64,000 nucleotides of DNA. It comes from Eledone cirrhosa. Lineage: Eukaryota. The notes beneath the pieces are model-generated. The model worked only from the letters and a program-made list of their open reading frames with translations, did not search any database and was not told where the DNA came from. Below are positions 1 through 13,164 of the stretch, one piece after another. Made by a program: the position numbers and the translations under genes. Position 1 is the first letter of the stretch. Each line of letters begins with the position of its first letter. The stretch covers positions 6,386,001 through 6,450,000 of the forward strand of contig OZ024748.1 in assembly GCA_964016885.1 (NCBI GenBank), written 5' to 3'.

Positions 1-264
1 GACAGAACAAAGGAGAGGCACAAAAACAAAGAAAAGAATCCCCAGTCACTGAAGAGGTCACAGAATGTGTGACGAAAGAACTTTGACAATATATAAACAA
101 TCATCTGGTTGTGGAACCAACCAACCGGAAATTTATAAATTCCTAAATTTATAAATTTATTATAATAAATTGAAGTGAAAGCAACTGGTGCGTGTGTTTC
201 TTATTGGCAACATGACCCTCCCAAAGTATAACAATATCGGTTTCAACACACGTTTTTAGATAAA

Positions 265-267
<3 letters not shown>
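1..267 (+). mobile_element. Hammerhead-bearing Penelope-like/retrozyme-type element fragment (5' end outside window) ending in a (TA)n tract
   Basis: Contains the hammerhead motif at 45-87. Downstream GTTGTGGAACCAAC is shared with the elements at ~8009 and ~31534 (GTTGTGGAACTAAC). Ends directly in (TA)n. Confidence 0.55.
45..87 (+). ncRNA. Minimal type-I hammerhead ribozyme motif
   Basis: Stem I GTCA(45-48)/TGAC(84-87); core CTGAAGA(49-55) plus one extra G; stem II GTCACA(57-62)/TGTGAC(68-73); GAAA(74-77); minimal helix III AG-AA-CT; predicted cleavage after CUU at 83. Confidence 0.7.
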
Positions 268-305
<38 letters not shown>

Positions 306-309
306 TGTA

Positions 310-378
<69 letters not shown>

Positions 379-660
379 CGTATATACGTGTATGTATGTA
401 TATGATTTAGTTAGCTTTACATTTGTTTGTCATAGTTGTATTATGGTTTTCTGAGTTTACATGAGGTATATTGTTAGATATTTGTTTTATATATATATAT
501 ATATGCATACATGCGTGTATATATATACATATATGCATGCATACATGTATGTATATATGTATGTCTGCCTGTATGTATGTATACATGTATGTATGCATGT
601 ATGTATGTATACATGCATGTATGTATACATGTATGTAAGTATGTATGTATATATGTGTCC

Positions 661-1263
661 CAGGTCACCAGTTGGTGCTACTGGTAACATGTATCCTAGT
701 ACAACCTGTCTCATGGTCGGGTCGTTGGCGACTAAACTGGCAACCCCACCAAGGTTTCTTGGTGAGGAGGGTGACTTTGGACATCCTGCAGGACTAAAAA
801 CAAAACCTGTCAAAGGGCAAAGGAGCCCTTAAGTGTCAAAGGCCATCCAAAATCACCGGGAGAGATGACCCCTTAGCCTTTGTCAAGGCAGAATTCTAGA
901 AGGAAAACTCTGATATAACACCTGCAACCCTGATGGTATCCAATGATGTTGACTTGTTCTTCTTTTTGGTAAATATCATCTTGGCTAAGAGAGTGGGATT
1001 GGCTTTGTGCAGTGCCTTTGCTCACTATAAAAGCTTCACGGCACAGGCATTGCTTTATATCTGGAGATCTCTCTGCACTTGTCGTCACATGGTACCATGG
1101 GCCAAGCACTATGTGTCAATAATTGTCACAAGTGTAGTGTTTGTACCAGAGTTTTCAAGTCGCTGGCTGGACTAAAAAGTCACACTCGTTCAGTGCATCG
1201 GTAGGGGTTCTCCTACATGGATATAAAGTAGTGGCCGTACTCGAAAACGAGTTGGCAGCCATC
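661..1263 (+). mobile_element. ~605-bp non-autonomous RTE-related retroposon (family A), copy 1
   Basis: Near-identical to 14675-15280 and, inverted, to 8229-8516. Contains GGCAGAATTCTAG(G)AGAAGGAAAACTCTGA, which resembles RTE/Expander 5' UTRs. Preceded by a (TATG)n-rich tract. Confidence 0.8.
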
Positions 1264-1438
1264 ATATATGTGTCCAGTCTTCCATTTACAGATATATGAG
1301 GATCTGACCCTGTATTTTTATCTGAGTAGCAATGGTTGCTCAAACATATATATATATATGTATATATATATATATTATAATAAAATGTGGAGAGGAAGCA
1401 CATATTTTTCTTCCTAATAATCGTCTCTTTCTCCCTGT

Positions 1439-1497
<59 letters not shown>

Positions 1498-2094
1498 GTT
1501 TCTTGTTTTGTTCTATATTTTTTTTATTTATTTGTTCATTTATATATTATTTTAGCTTATTGATCTGAGCTGCGTTATGCGTTTTGACTGTTGATATTTG
1601 AAAAAAAAAATGAAAGGAAGATATGGAAGTGGGTGCGAAATATTATGAGAGAGAGGAGAGGGGGGAGTGATAGGAGGAAAAGTGAGAGAGAGAAGGATGG
1701 GTGAGGAAGGATGTAGAGAAAGAGGGAGTGACAGTGGGAGAATGAAACACAAAATATGAAATATATAAATAAATATGTACATGCAAGAAAAATATTACAT
1801 AAATAGTTAAAGAGAGAGAAAGAAAGGAATATGAGTGCAAAAGAGAAACAAGGAGAAAGTAGAAGAAAGTAAAAAGAAAGAAGGATAGGAGGCAGAGAGC
1901 GAAAGAGTGAGAGAAAGATAGGAGACAGAGAGAGTGAATGAAAATATGAGAAAAAACGGTAAAGGTGGAGAGGGAGGAAGATGAAATATAAATTTATCGT
2001 ATATCCGCCATTTTATCCCTGAATGTTTGTTTCTTACCAAGTTATGTGGTTAACATAATCAATAGCACAAGCTGCTATGGGCATATATATATAT

Positions 2095-2132
<38 letters not shown>

Positions 2133-2184
2133 ATGTATATGTATGTATATATATATAATGTATATGTATGTATATATATATATA

Positions 2185-2250
<66 letters not shown>

Positions 2251-2338
2251 CTATATAGCATGTGTATATATATATATATGCCATTGAAAAGCGATGTAGA
2301 AGTACACTAATCAATCATAATTTCTCCCACTAAATTCC

Positions 2339-2486
<148 letters not shown>

Positions 2487-2839
2487 TGTGAGTGTGTGTA
2501 TGTGTGTGCATAAGTAATAAAAAGAAATTTCTTTATTCATATTTTTCATTTTTTTTTCTTTTTTAATCACTTAAAATATCCCGACGTCAGAATTATTTGA
2601 TGAATGCTGGTAAGATTACCGGATTTGGGACAGGGTTTTTATGGATTACGGCAGTAAATAGAAGATTAAGAATTTTAAGAGGTGAACAAATTTCATGACA
2701 TTAACAATTATTTAAGAAACAAATTCCATGTAAATTAAATAATTTTTTCCAAAATAAATAAGCAACAGAATTTGGTGAAATATAGGAATCGGAGAATTAT
2801 AAGTGACCAAGTAAGATAATGTTCATTGTAATAAATATT

Positions 2840-3210
2840 TCTAACATTGGCATAAACAAGGCTATTAATTTCACAGGGGGGTAAAGCCGATTATATTGAT
2901 CCATATACTTAACTGGTACTTTATTGACTCCAGAAGGAGGGATGGTAGCAAGGACAACATTTAACTCGGCCTAATTTGAACTCAGAGTGTAGATAATCAT
3001 AACTAAATACGAAATAAGATTTGTCTGATGCTTTACCGATTCTAATGCTGATATTAATAATGATGTCTAAATCAGCCATAAGGCTAGAATTTGGCGGGGA
3101 TGAAGGACGATTAGATCGATCCTCTTATTTCACTGGCACTTTATTTTATTGCCCTTAGAATAATGAGGGGCAAAATTGGCCACAGCGAGATTTGAACTCA
3201 GAACACAAAG
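2840..3210 (-). mobile_element. Two degenerate tRNA-derived SINE copies
   Basis: Reverse-strand B box (TTTGAACTCAGA) at ~2975 and ~3190, each with an ACTGG(T/C)ACTTTATT core matching the SINE at 26653-26835. Confidence 0.6.
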
Positions 3211-4614
3211 GGCTTGGGAAATGTCTAGTGAAACAACGTTACGTCAATTTAATGATCCCGAATCAAATCTTGCCAGGGGATCCTTTCGTGTGGTGTGCAC
3301 GTATGTTAAAGTTGTTGATATTTACAAGGAAAGAAGAGCAGTACCCATGACCAATTTAAAGAGCCTAGTGACTAGAGGGAGGGAGGAAATTTGAACCAAA
3401 GGTCTACAACAGAGTTCACTCAGCTAAAAACTCCCAAGACCCTTAGGTTAACTGGCTACTTGATAAAGGCTTTCTCCTAACATGTTGTTTATATCCCTAT
3501 AAAATAAAACTGAAATACTTTATAATATAATTTTTTTTTAAATATTTAATAAACATTTATAATAAATTCAGTGACTAGCATCAATAAAAGAGATACATCA
3601 GTATTTCAAAGGCTCTTTACGAATTAATTATTTCATATAGAGAACTAAAGTTATAAAAATCTATACATAATCTTAGAATTTAGTATTGCTCAAGAATTCT
3701 GCAGTCATTCACTCAGTATTTAGTAAAAGTCGATAAAAATAATAAGTTGTCAACCCAAGCGATATTCGAACTCGGAATCTCTAGCTTTGTATCTAAATAC
3801 TACAGAATGTTGAACTATATATATATATTTCAGTTTTCTGGCGAACTATGTTTCTTCGCTGTAACCGTAGTAACTTGATACGATTCGTGGGGTTCACCTG
3901 TTCGCTGATTGGCTGATTGCCTTAGAAGGCGGTCCTAATGATTGTCGACTAACTCTCTGCGCATGTTCAGCAATAACATCAGTCAGGCGTTGATATATCT
4001 GATCAAGTCAACTTAGAGAAGGAGAGTTTCTGTTGTTATAATTAGTTAGTTGTTACTGTTGTTATGGTTGTCGTTGTTGACGTTGTTGTTGTCGTTGTTG
4101 TTGGTGGTATTGTTGTCGTTGTTGTTGCTGTTGTTGTTCAGGTTTTCACCATCATTGTTGTTATTGTTTTGCCCTATCTCTAACGTGACAGCAGATTTAT
4201 TGATAAGCGCACTTTTTTTTCTTTTACCCGTTGGTGGTGTATGTAGAGGAGACAACGTTGAGAAGATGTTTTTATTCCTTACGTTGTTTTTTCAGGTTGT
4301 TTAACCTGGGTCTACTCTCATCTGACACTTTCTAATCAACGGAATCCAGCCGTGACAAACCTGTTTTGTCTTTTTCCGGTTTTTAATATATGTCGAATGT
4401 CAAAGTATAGAAATGTTATTATTACAGTTATTGTTTAACCTTGGTCTACATTTATCATCAACTGTACTCCTGACATGGTGTAATCTTGAGCAAGAAACTT
4501 CCTTTTATGTTGGTCTAGTCTCTAGTCCAATAAGTTGTAAACCTGGGTATCAGCAGCAATTTGGCGGGGATGGATTAACCATTAAGCAATGTATTTGTCA
4601 TTTTTTATATATGA

Positions 4615-4733
4615 TCTGAGTTCAAATCCTGCCGAGGTTAGCTTTGCCTTTCATCCTTACGGGGTCGATAAAATAAAGTACTAGTCATGCACTGGGATAA
4701 TTTCTGGCATTGTGTCAAAAGTAGAAGCAATTA
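4615..4733 (+). mobile_element. tRNA-derived SINE, 5'-truncated
   Basis: B box GAGTTCAAATCC, then core GCCTTTCATCCTTACGGGGTCGATAAAATAAAGTAC, then tail AAGTAGAAGCAATTA running into (TA)n. Confidence 0.85.
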
Positions 4734-5520
4734 TATATATATATATATGTATAAACATATATATATATATATATATGATCTATTTTATTCTCTATAACCA
4801 ATGTGTTTCCATATATTTACCAAATTCAAGTGACGGTATACCTTTCTGTAAGGGATAAGAAAGGGCAGATCTGGCTGTATGGGAAGGTACAGGAATGGAC
4901 TTTCGGCAGAGTTTATATAAGGGAAGAAGGAGGTGGCATCATCTTATTTTAAGTCCTTGGTGTCACAAAAGGAACTATATGTGACCCTGCAGCTGGAAGT
5001 TAAATTTTCGCTGAACTTCTATTTCGTGCAAGGTCGTAGGGATATGTGGCAGAGTTGACTTCGGACGATTTGGAATCAGGGAACAGAGATTCGGAACAAA
5101 TGCGGCAAGCAGTTCTAATATTTGTAGCAATTGGTCACCTTTGTAACATAGGTACAATGATGTCAATTATTAAATGGGTTCTTCTGGACTTTGAACGCGA
5201 ATCTTAAAGGAACATACTGATGTAAAGACTGCAAAGTATTTAGTGTAGTACTGTAACAAACTCTAGCAATAAAATTCACATCACGACAGCATATACGTTC
5301 GTTCTTGTTGTACCAGATTACACACACACAAACACAGACATTTACACACACATGCACACATACATACACCTTTACACTGCATTTACATAAACGGAAAAGG
5401 CACTATGGCCTGACACTTTACATTCAAGAGAGTTAAAACTGCACACACAAAAGTAAAATATATGTGTGAGTGTGTGTGTGTGTGTGCATCAATATACAAT
5501 ATACCAATATATACATATAC

Positions 5521-5572
<52 letters not shown>

Positions 5573-5814
5573 TCATATATATTTGTATATATATTCAAAT
5601 ATACATATATATATATATATATACAAATACATCCAACACATACTGCCATCTATATAAGCCAGACAACCTCCATACCGCTATAAGAATTAATTACTTTCTA
5701 AGCTCTCAGTCCACGCTGGTAGGTTTCTTGTTTATTCCATTATGTATTTTAAAGTGTGAGCACAGTGAAGCACGGTAGAACAGAGATGAAAGGATTTCGA
5801 AGCAGAAGCATTTA

Positions 5815-6400
<586 letters not shown>

Positions 6401-6649
6401 TATGTATATGTGTGTGTGTGTCTGTGTGTATGTGCCTGTGTTTGTGTGTATGTATGTATATATACTACTACTACTACTACTACGACTACTGCTGCTGCTG
6501 CTGCTGCTGATGCTGCTGCTGATTCTGATGCTACTACTACTACTACAATGGTAGAAATAGCAGTAGTAGTAGTTGGTGTGGTAAGGCACATGTATTAACA
6601 TACGCAAAATGACATGCATCCACATACTCTTATTTTAATAGTACTCTTG

Positions 6650-6712
<63 letters not shown>

Positions 6713-6880
6713 ACACACTTAATTTCACATATAGACACTCATACATACATACACACAGATATATGCATACATAGACATATACATGCTCACATACTCATAA
6801 ATATACATACATATACATATATGTGTCTGCATGAAAGTCTTTTGTGTGTTAATGTGAGTGTATTTGTGTTTGTATGTGTT

Positions 6881-6922
<42 letters not shown>

Positions 6923-7675
6923 AACTCCTAGTCAAAGCAGGACTGTCTTGTAGTTTTATATATTTTTATTTGGTTTTCTTCATATTTTCTTACCTGTTAC
7001 TTGCATTTTCTTTGAAACAATTAAATTCCTAAATCATTGATGAATATCTTAAGGCTTCAACACTCTCCTCTTCTGGATGAGGGTATGCTAAAGTTAGTTG
7101 CTACCTCTTCTTCTGGGTGCTAAAGTTAGTTGCTAGCGTATTGTAGTAAGTATAATAAATATGATTTGAATTTGAATTTTTTTACCTTTAGATTAATATT
7201 TTGCTGTATGATTAGTGTAAGTTTTTTTAATGTCTATTTTCTCATTGTGTTATGTTCTGAATATTGCTACCAACAATTTTGTGTGGAATTCTGTATATTA
7301 TATATATATTGTTTCCTGATATTTTCCTTCCCAGCAACCGTTTTGAGATGTGGTATGTAAAAGTAAAAGAGATTGTAAAATTCATTCTATCAAACTATAA
7401 ACTAATATTAATGATATACATAAGAAATTTCAGAAAATACACAATATTCTTATCAGTAATAGAAGACGAGCTTATAAATCCAAGAACATGTTAGTAACGA
7501 CTAATGGGATTCAGAAATTTGATTGCAAATGTAAATGGTAAATTTCAAGACTCCAATTGTTATATTAACCACATAAGGTTTGCAATCTTGATTCACATTT
7601 GCATAAAAGCCATTACAGACTACACGGTCTTAATGAGAAATGACTTTTACTTAATTTACATTTCAAACTTGTGAG

Positions 7676-7750
<75 letters not shown>

Positions 7751-7860
7751 GTCAAAGTAATAACAAAAATAACAAAACAAGCGGCGCAGTACATGGAAGA
7801 AATATATTAGTTTAACGCTTGAAATAGAAGGAAGAGTCATATATATATATATATATATAT

Positions 7861-8065
7861 TTGTGTGCTTCCCTTATTGACAAGTTACCGACATCTACTG
7901 CGCAGAATCCACCCAGTTCGTATATACTTCCGTTCCCACTATAGCCATACACGAGTTGAAAAACCCCTCTGGTGAAACACGTGACCCTCGAATATAGTTT
8001 GCTAATTTGTTGTGGAACTAACTATATACCTAACTCTTGCTTAGGACTGAGTGCTCTACCAACTT

Positions 8066-8067
<2 letters not shown>
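7861..8067 (+). mobile_element. (TA)n-embedded short element with a degenerate hammerhead-like motif
   Basis: 7944-8025 aligns with 31471-31550. Pattern CGAG-TTGAAAA-ACC..GGT-GAAAC...CTCG, with tail motif GACTGAGTGC near the 3' end. Confidence 0.5.
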
Positions 8068-8105
<38 letters not shown>

Positions 8106-8107
<2 letters not shown>

Positions 8108-8200
8108 CAAAAGTGATATTCAATTTGTTGGTAATTCAACAAATATAAATGTTTATAACTGATTCAGAGCACTCGACAAGTTTTCTGGAGTATAATAATT
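8106..8200 (-). mobile_element. Family C tail fragment (TA-inserted)
   Basis: Reverse complement matches 16980-17062 and 33353-33437 (ACTCCA..AAC(T)TGTYGAGTG..TCAGTTATAAA...TTTGC). Confidence 0.7.
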
Positions 8201-8228
8201 GAATTGTATATATATAGAGATATACATA

Positions 8229-8516
8229 GTGGTGGCTGCCAACTCGTTTTTCGAGTACGGTCACTACTTTATATCCATATAGGAGAACCCCTACCGATGC
8301 GCTGAACGAGTGTGACTTTTTAGTCCAGCCAGCGACTTGAAAACTCTGGTACAAACACTACACTTGTGACAATTATTGACACATAGTGCTGGGCCCATGG
8401 TACCATGTGACGACAAGTGCAGAGAGATCTCCAGGTATAAAGCAATGCCTGTGCTGTGAAGCTTTTATAGTGAGCAAAGGCACATCAAGTCCCACTCTCT
8501 TAACCAAGATGATATT
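8229..8516 (-). mobile_element. Family A retroposon, 5'-truncated copy
   Basis: Reverse complement of the 3' half of 661-1263. The 3' end is retained and the 5' part is replaced by a (CATA)n tract. Confidence 0.85.
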
Positions 8517-8537
8517 ATACATACATACATACATACA

Positions 8538-8568
<31 letters not shown>

Positions 8569-8750
8569 GTGTATATGTGGTTTAAATCAACTGTTGAGTA
8601 AATATTTAAACTGTCGTAAATACTTAATGTATATGTGAATGTTCCCTATAGTGGGGTTTGTTTTGTTAACACAAAACTAACGTAGAACTCTGTGTAGCAG
8701 ATATGTACTTGTCTCTTCTCCCCCCCCCCATCCCCCTTTTCTCTCTCTCT

Positions 8751-8786
<36 letters not shown>

Positions 8787-8864
8787 GTTCTGACTTTGTA
8801 ACTCACGGAGTCTATTACTAAAAACACGTACGCGCGTAATTGTGTATCTTTATCTATCTCTCTC

Positions 8865-8929
<65 letters not shown>

Positions 8930-9069
8930 TTTGTCCCAAAAACGTATACATATAATTATTAGTATGTTGTTGAAGTGTGTATACATATTTTTGGAACACC
9001 CTGTATATATAGAGAGTGAGAGAAAGAAAAAGATATTTTATACTATTTATATATGTATATTTATATATG

Positions 9070-9110
<41 letters not shown>

Positions 9111-9336
9111 TCATATATAAGCTGTGTATATGTACGTCTGGTTGTGCGTGCTTGTATACTGGTGTGTGTGTGTGAATAGATGAATGAATCAAAGCCGACA
9201 TACTAACACATATCCCATCCCGGTACATAGTAGTGATGATAAACATCTACAGATTAAAGAGGAGTTTACTACTTCTGATATATATCTGATTTTATATGTG
9301 GCTTATAGCTTTGTGCCTCGTAGTGCGTTTCATTAG

Positions 9337-9409
<73 letters not shown>

Positions 9410-9411
<2 letters not shown>

Positions 9412-9612
9412 GGAACGAGTAGGACCCCGACGGCTGAGCTCAAGCCGTTTCGACGGCTAATTCTGGACTTTTTTTAGTCCAGAATTAGCCGTCGAAACGG
9501 CTTGATCTCAGCCGTCGGGGTCCTACTCGTTCCTATTACCCACTCTACTACCTTAAGTATTGAGTACTTTGGTGCGTTATGGTCCACCTGGTTCCTTACC
9601 ACATTTCCTTCG

Positions 9613-9615
<3 letters not shown>
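9410..9615 (+). mobile_element. Family B hairpin-plus-tail element inserted in (TA)n
   Basis: ~60-bp inverted arms around a short T loop, then an ~80-bp tail with TATTGAGTAC (9558-9567). The direct arm holds GAAA-CGGCT-loop-AGCCG-TC (9494-9516), a hammerhead 3' half. Confidence 0.85.
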
Positions 9616-9644
<29 letters not shown>

Positions 9645-9651
<7 letters not shown>

Positions 9652-10012
9652 TTCAAAATATTAACAAAAATAGACATTCGTGTGATCAAGTATATTTTGT
9701 TATACATATTTCAGAGGTACTGAGCTATCTTCAACAGTACGTCCTCAGTATACTACCATGACTGAATTTTAACCATCTACTATGTCAGGGTATGTCATGC
9801 ATCATCTTATTTTATCTGATGAGGACGTACTGTTGAAGATAGCTCAGTACCTCTGAAATATGTATAATAAAATATACTTGATCACACGAATGTCTATTTT
9901 TGTTAATATTTTGAATTAATATTAATAATTCCGGAAAACCATATCTGTTGAGTGCTTCTAATCTATTGTAAAACTCATTCTTTGATTTATTCATTGAACC
10001 TTGTTTAACCTT

Positions 10013-10014
<2 letters not shown>
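9645..10014 (+). mobile_element. Hairpin-plus-tail element with ~100-bp arms
   Basis: 9645-9747 is the inverse of 9820-9922. CTGATGA at 9816-9822, tail motif TGTTGAGTGC at 9946-9955, (TA)n on both sides. Confidence 0.8.
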
Positions 10015-10085
<71 letters not shown>

Positions 10086-10106
10086 ATTTATGTATATATA
10101 TATATA

Positions 10107-10314
10107 TAACGAAGGAATTGTGGTAAGGAACCAGATGGACCATAACGCACCAGAGTACTCAATACTTAGGGTAGTAGAGTGGGTAATAGGAGAAAGTATG
10201 ACCCCGACGGCAGAGCTCAAGGTGTTTCGACGGCTATTTCTGGATGTATGTATGTAGTCCAGAAATAGCCGTCGAAACGGCTTGAGCTCTGCCGTCGGGG
10301 TCATACCTTTTCCT
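10107..10314 (-). mobile_element. Family B element, opposite orientation
   Basis: Tail (reverse complement) on the left, ~60-bp arms, loop TGTATGTATGTAG, flanked by (TA)n. Confidence 0.85.
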
Positions 10315-10339
10315 ATATATATATATATATATATATATA

Positions 10340-10639
10340 TAGGAAAAGGGTCAAGATCCCGACTGCAGAACTCAAGCCGTTTCGACGGCTATTTCTTGGT
10401 CCAGAAGCTGTCGAAACGGTTTGAGCTCTGCCGTCGGAGTCTTGACTCTTTATTTATATATATATATTTATAGCTATATATATATCAAGAAAGAGGGTAT
10501 GGTAAGATACAAGGTAGACCATAATGTACCAGAGTACTCAATACTGAGGGTAGTAGAGTCGGTAATATTAAGAGACTCAGGACCCCGACGGCAGAGCTCT
10601 GGCCGATTCGACAGCCGTCGGGGTCCCGAATCTCTTACT
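10340..10639. mobile_element. Two further partial family B copies (10340-10452 hairpin only; 10487-10639 tail plus shortened hairpin)
   Basis: Share CCCCGACGGCAGAGCTC and GCCGTCGGGGTC with other family B copies; the second also has the tail segment CCAGAGTACTCAATAC. Confidence 0.8.
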
Positions 10640-10651
10640 ATATATATATAT

Positions 10652-10850
10652 ATTGTATTCATTTTATTAAGGGTAAAATCTGGGTCTTGTTACTCTGGAA
10701 TTTTGCCTATTTATCCTCGGACCTCTTTCCATTCTATTGACGAAACTCCAGAGTAACAAGACTCACATTTAGCCATAATAAAATGAATATTAAAACTCTA
10801 CTTCGTTATTTAGGACTCTTTTCCCTCAGCCGTCACAACTTATCGAAGAA
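10652..10850 (+). mobile_element. Hairpin-plus-tail element with a hammerhead 3' half
   Basis: Imperfect arms TATTCATTTTATTA..GTCTTGTTACTCTGGA / TCCAGAGTAACAAGAC..TAATAAAATGAATA. GAAA-CTC-CA-GAG-TA at 10742-10755. Confidence 0.65.
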
Positions 10851-10996
10851 TATATATATATATATATGTGTGTGTGGTGTGTGTGTGTGTGTGTGGCAGA
10901 ACGTATAGTATAATATAGATTATATTATACTATACTACATATACACTGGGGAGACGTTTTAACTATAAACGTAAAGCATCGTACTGAATTCATTAC

Positions 10997-11205
10997 ATTG
11001 ACAGAATCGGTAGAGCGACGGACACAATGGTCTTACGGTATTTAGTAACGGCTCTTTAAGTTTTGAGTTCAAATCCTGCCAAGGTCACCTTTTTCTTTCA
11101 TCTTTATCGAGTCGATAACATAAAGAACTAATCAAATAATTGAGTCGTTTTAATCAACAAAGAATCTCATGTATTTCTGGCCTTCTGCCTATCTTAGACA
11201 TAATT
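10997..11205 (+). mobile_element. Degenerate tRNA-derived SINE
   Basis: A-box-like TGACAGAATCGG, B box GAGTTCAAATCC, and a diverged GTCGATAA core. Confidence 0.7.
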
Positions 11206-11333
11206 ATTTAGTTTTGACTCTTTCCGTTTTAACGTGAAATATGCGCGCCAGGATCTCAATAAAATATTGTTGTTTTTGTTGTTGTGAAGTCATTGTTTTA
11301 CTTTATATATATATGTGTGTATGTGTGTGTATG

Positions 11334-11374
<41 letters not shown>

Positions 11375-11614
11375 CCTAGCCGCTCTGATCAACGAAGCTG
11401 ATCTATGATCAAAGGCGTTCCAGCTGTGACTATCTCATTGATTTCTCCATGTTTATGGTTGTTTATCACTTAGTAACGCTAAAATTAATGCATACACACA
11501 CTCACACGCACACTCACACACACACATACACACAAATATATATACGTATATATATATATATATGTGAGTAAGAGAGAGTGAGAGATGAATATCTATCTAT
11601 CATATATATATTTG

Positions 11615-11659
<45 letters not shown>

Positions 11660-12109
11660 TTAATATCTATCTATCAATTTATCGACCTGCCTCTCTTTCA
11701 TTCTTTCTCTTTTGCTCTCTATCAAATATTTATTAATATACTTGATACTATTATATATATTCAATACCCCTTTTGGATTAAACAAAACTGTTAGAATCAA
11801 ATAGAATACACAAATAGTAATTCATCGCCTTTCGTAAAGTTTCTCATATTTTTACTATTCCGCTTACAGAATATCGCTTTCAAAGTGCACATTATATGAA
11901 CTAGTCACTGTTAGCCCTTTAGCATTCAAACCGGCCATATCCGGCCAGAATTCTCTCAACTCTTTCTGTTCAAACCGGCTGTAACTGGCCGTTCATACTG
12001 ACGTTAAGGTATTTTTCTCAAAATGAATAATAACAAAATCTCATAGATTCAATACTATGTGAGATAATTATGTGAGATAAAGACTTTACTGCGAAAATAC
12101 AATAATAAA

Positions 12110-12660
12110 TATAGAGTCATGTAAATGCTCTGGTCACTTTCGAAGTATGTGTTATGTTAACTGTACGTATTGTGTTAGTTGGTCAGTTTCAAAGTACACG
12201 TTAATTTTCAATGGTCATTTTAAAAACATATGTCATGTTTAGCTGGTCACATTCAAAGTACATAACATGTTTAACTGGTCACATTCAATGTACATGATAT
12301 GTTTAGCTAGTCACATTCAAAGTACATGTCATGTTTAGATGGTCATATTCAAAATATATGTTATATATATTATATTTAATTTAACACCTTCAAAGTATAT
12401 ATTCTGTTAACATAGTACATCTTAAGTTTAAATGGACATTTAAAAAATAAATTATGTTAAGCAAGTCCCATTCAAAGTATGTGTTATGTTTAGGTGATCA
12501 CATTCAAAGTACATACTATATTAACTAGTCACTTTCAAGGTATATATTATCATAGCCGGTCACATTCAAAGTACATATTATATTAACTGGTCAATTTCAA
12601 GATATATATTATAATAGCTGGTCAGTTTCAAAGCAAATGTTATGTTAGCTGGTCAGTTTC
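12110..12660. repeat. Degenerate ~31-32-bp minisatellite
   Basis: Consensus about TGTTAACTGGTCACATTCAAAGTACATATTA, repeated roughly 15 times. Confidence 0.8.
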
Positions 12661-12943
12661 TTTATGTATAAATACAGCCTTTGCAAATTACCACTTAGCT
12701 ATTTACAAACATTGCACACTACATTCAGTAATTATAGGTTCAAATGTAAATTTATAATCTGAGAAGAGGAACTGTCGACTTCCAGGCAGTTAACAATAAA
12801 TATTGTCTTTCTCACTGACTTTGAAAGAAATTTTCAAATTTGCAGGGCAGCTGACCTCTATAAACTGGACATAATTTCTATTTTCTTTCCTAATGTATGT
12901 ATGTGTACGTATGTATGTATGTGTGAGTGTGTGTGTATGTATG

Positions 12944-13007
<64 letters not shown>

Positions 13008-13091
13008 GTGTGTGTGTGTGTGTATGTATGTATAAATATATGTGTATATACAAATACAAATATAAATATATCTATATATGTAAATATATAA

Positions 13092-13122
<31 letters not shown>

Positions 13123-13128
13123 AACACA

Positions 13129-13164
<36 letters not shown>

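Noticed and set aside
873-1175. ORFs conserved between 873-1175, 8373-8601 and 14887-15192
   Set aside because: Conservation reflects repeat copies of family A. The peptides have no recognisable domain.
2597-2640. TTGATGA followed by a GGTAA/TTACC hairpin
   Set aside because: No GAAA and no stem I; too degenerate to support.
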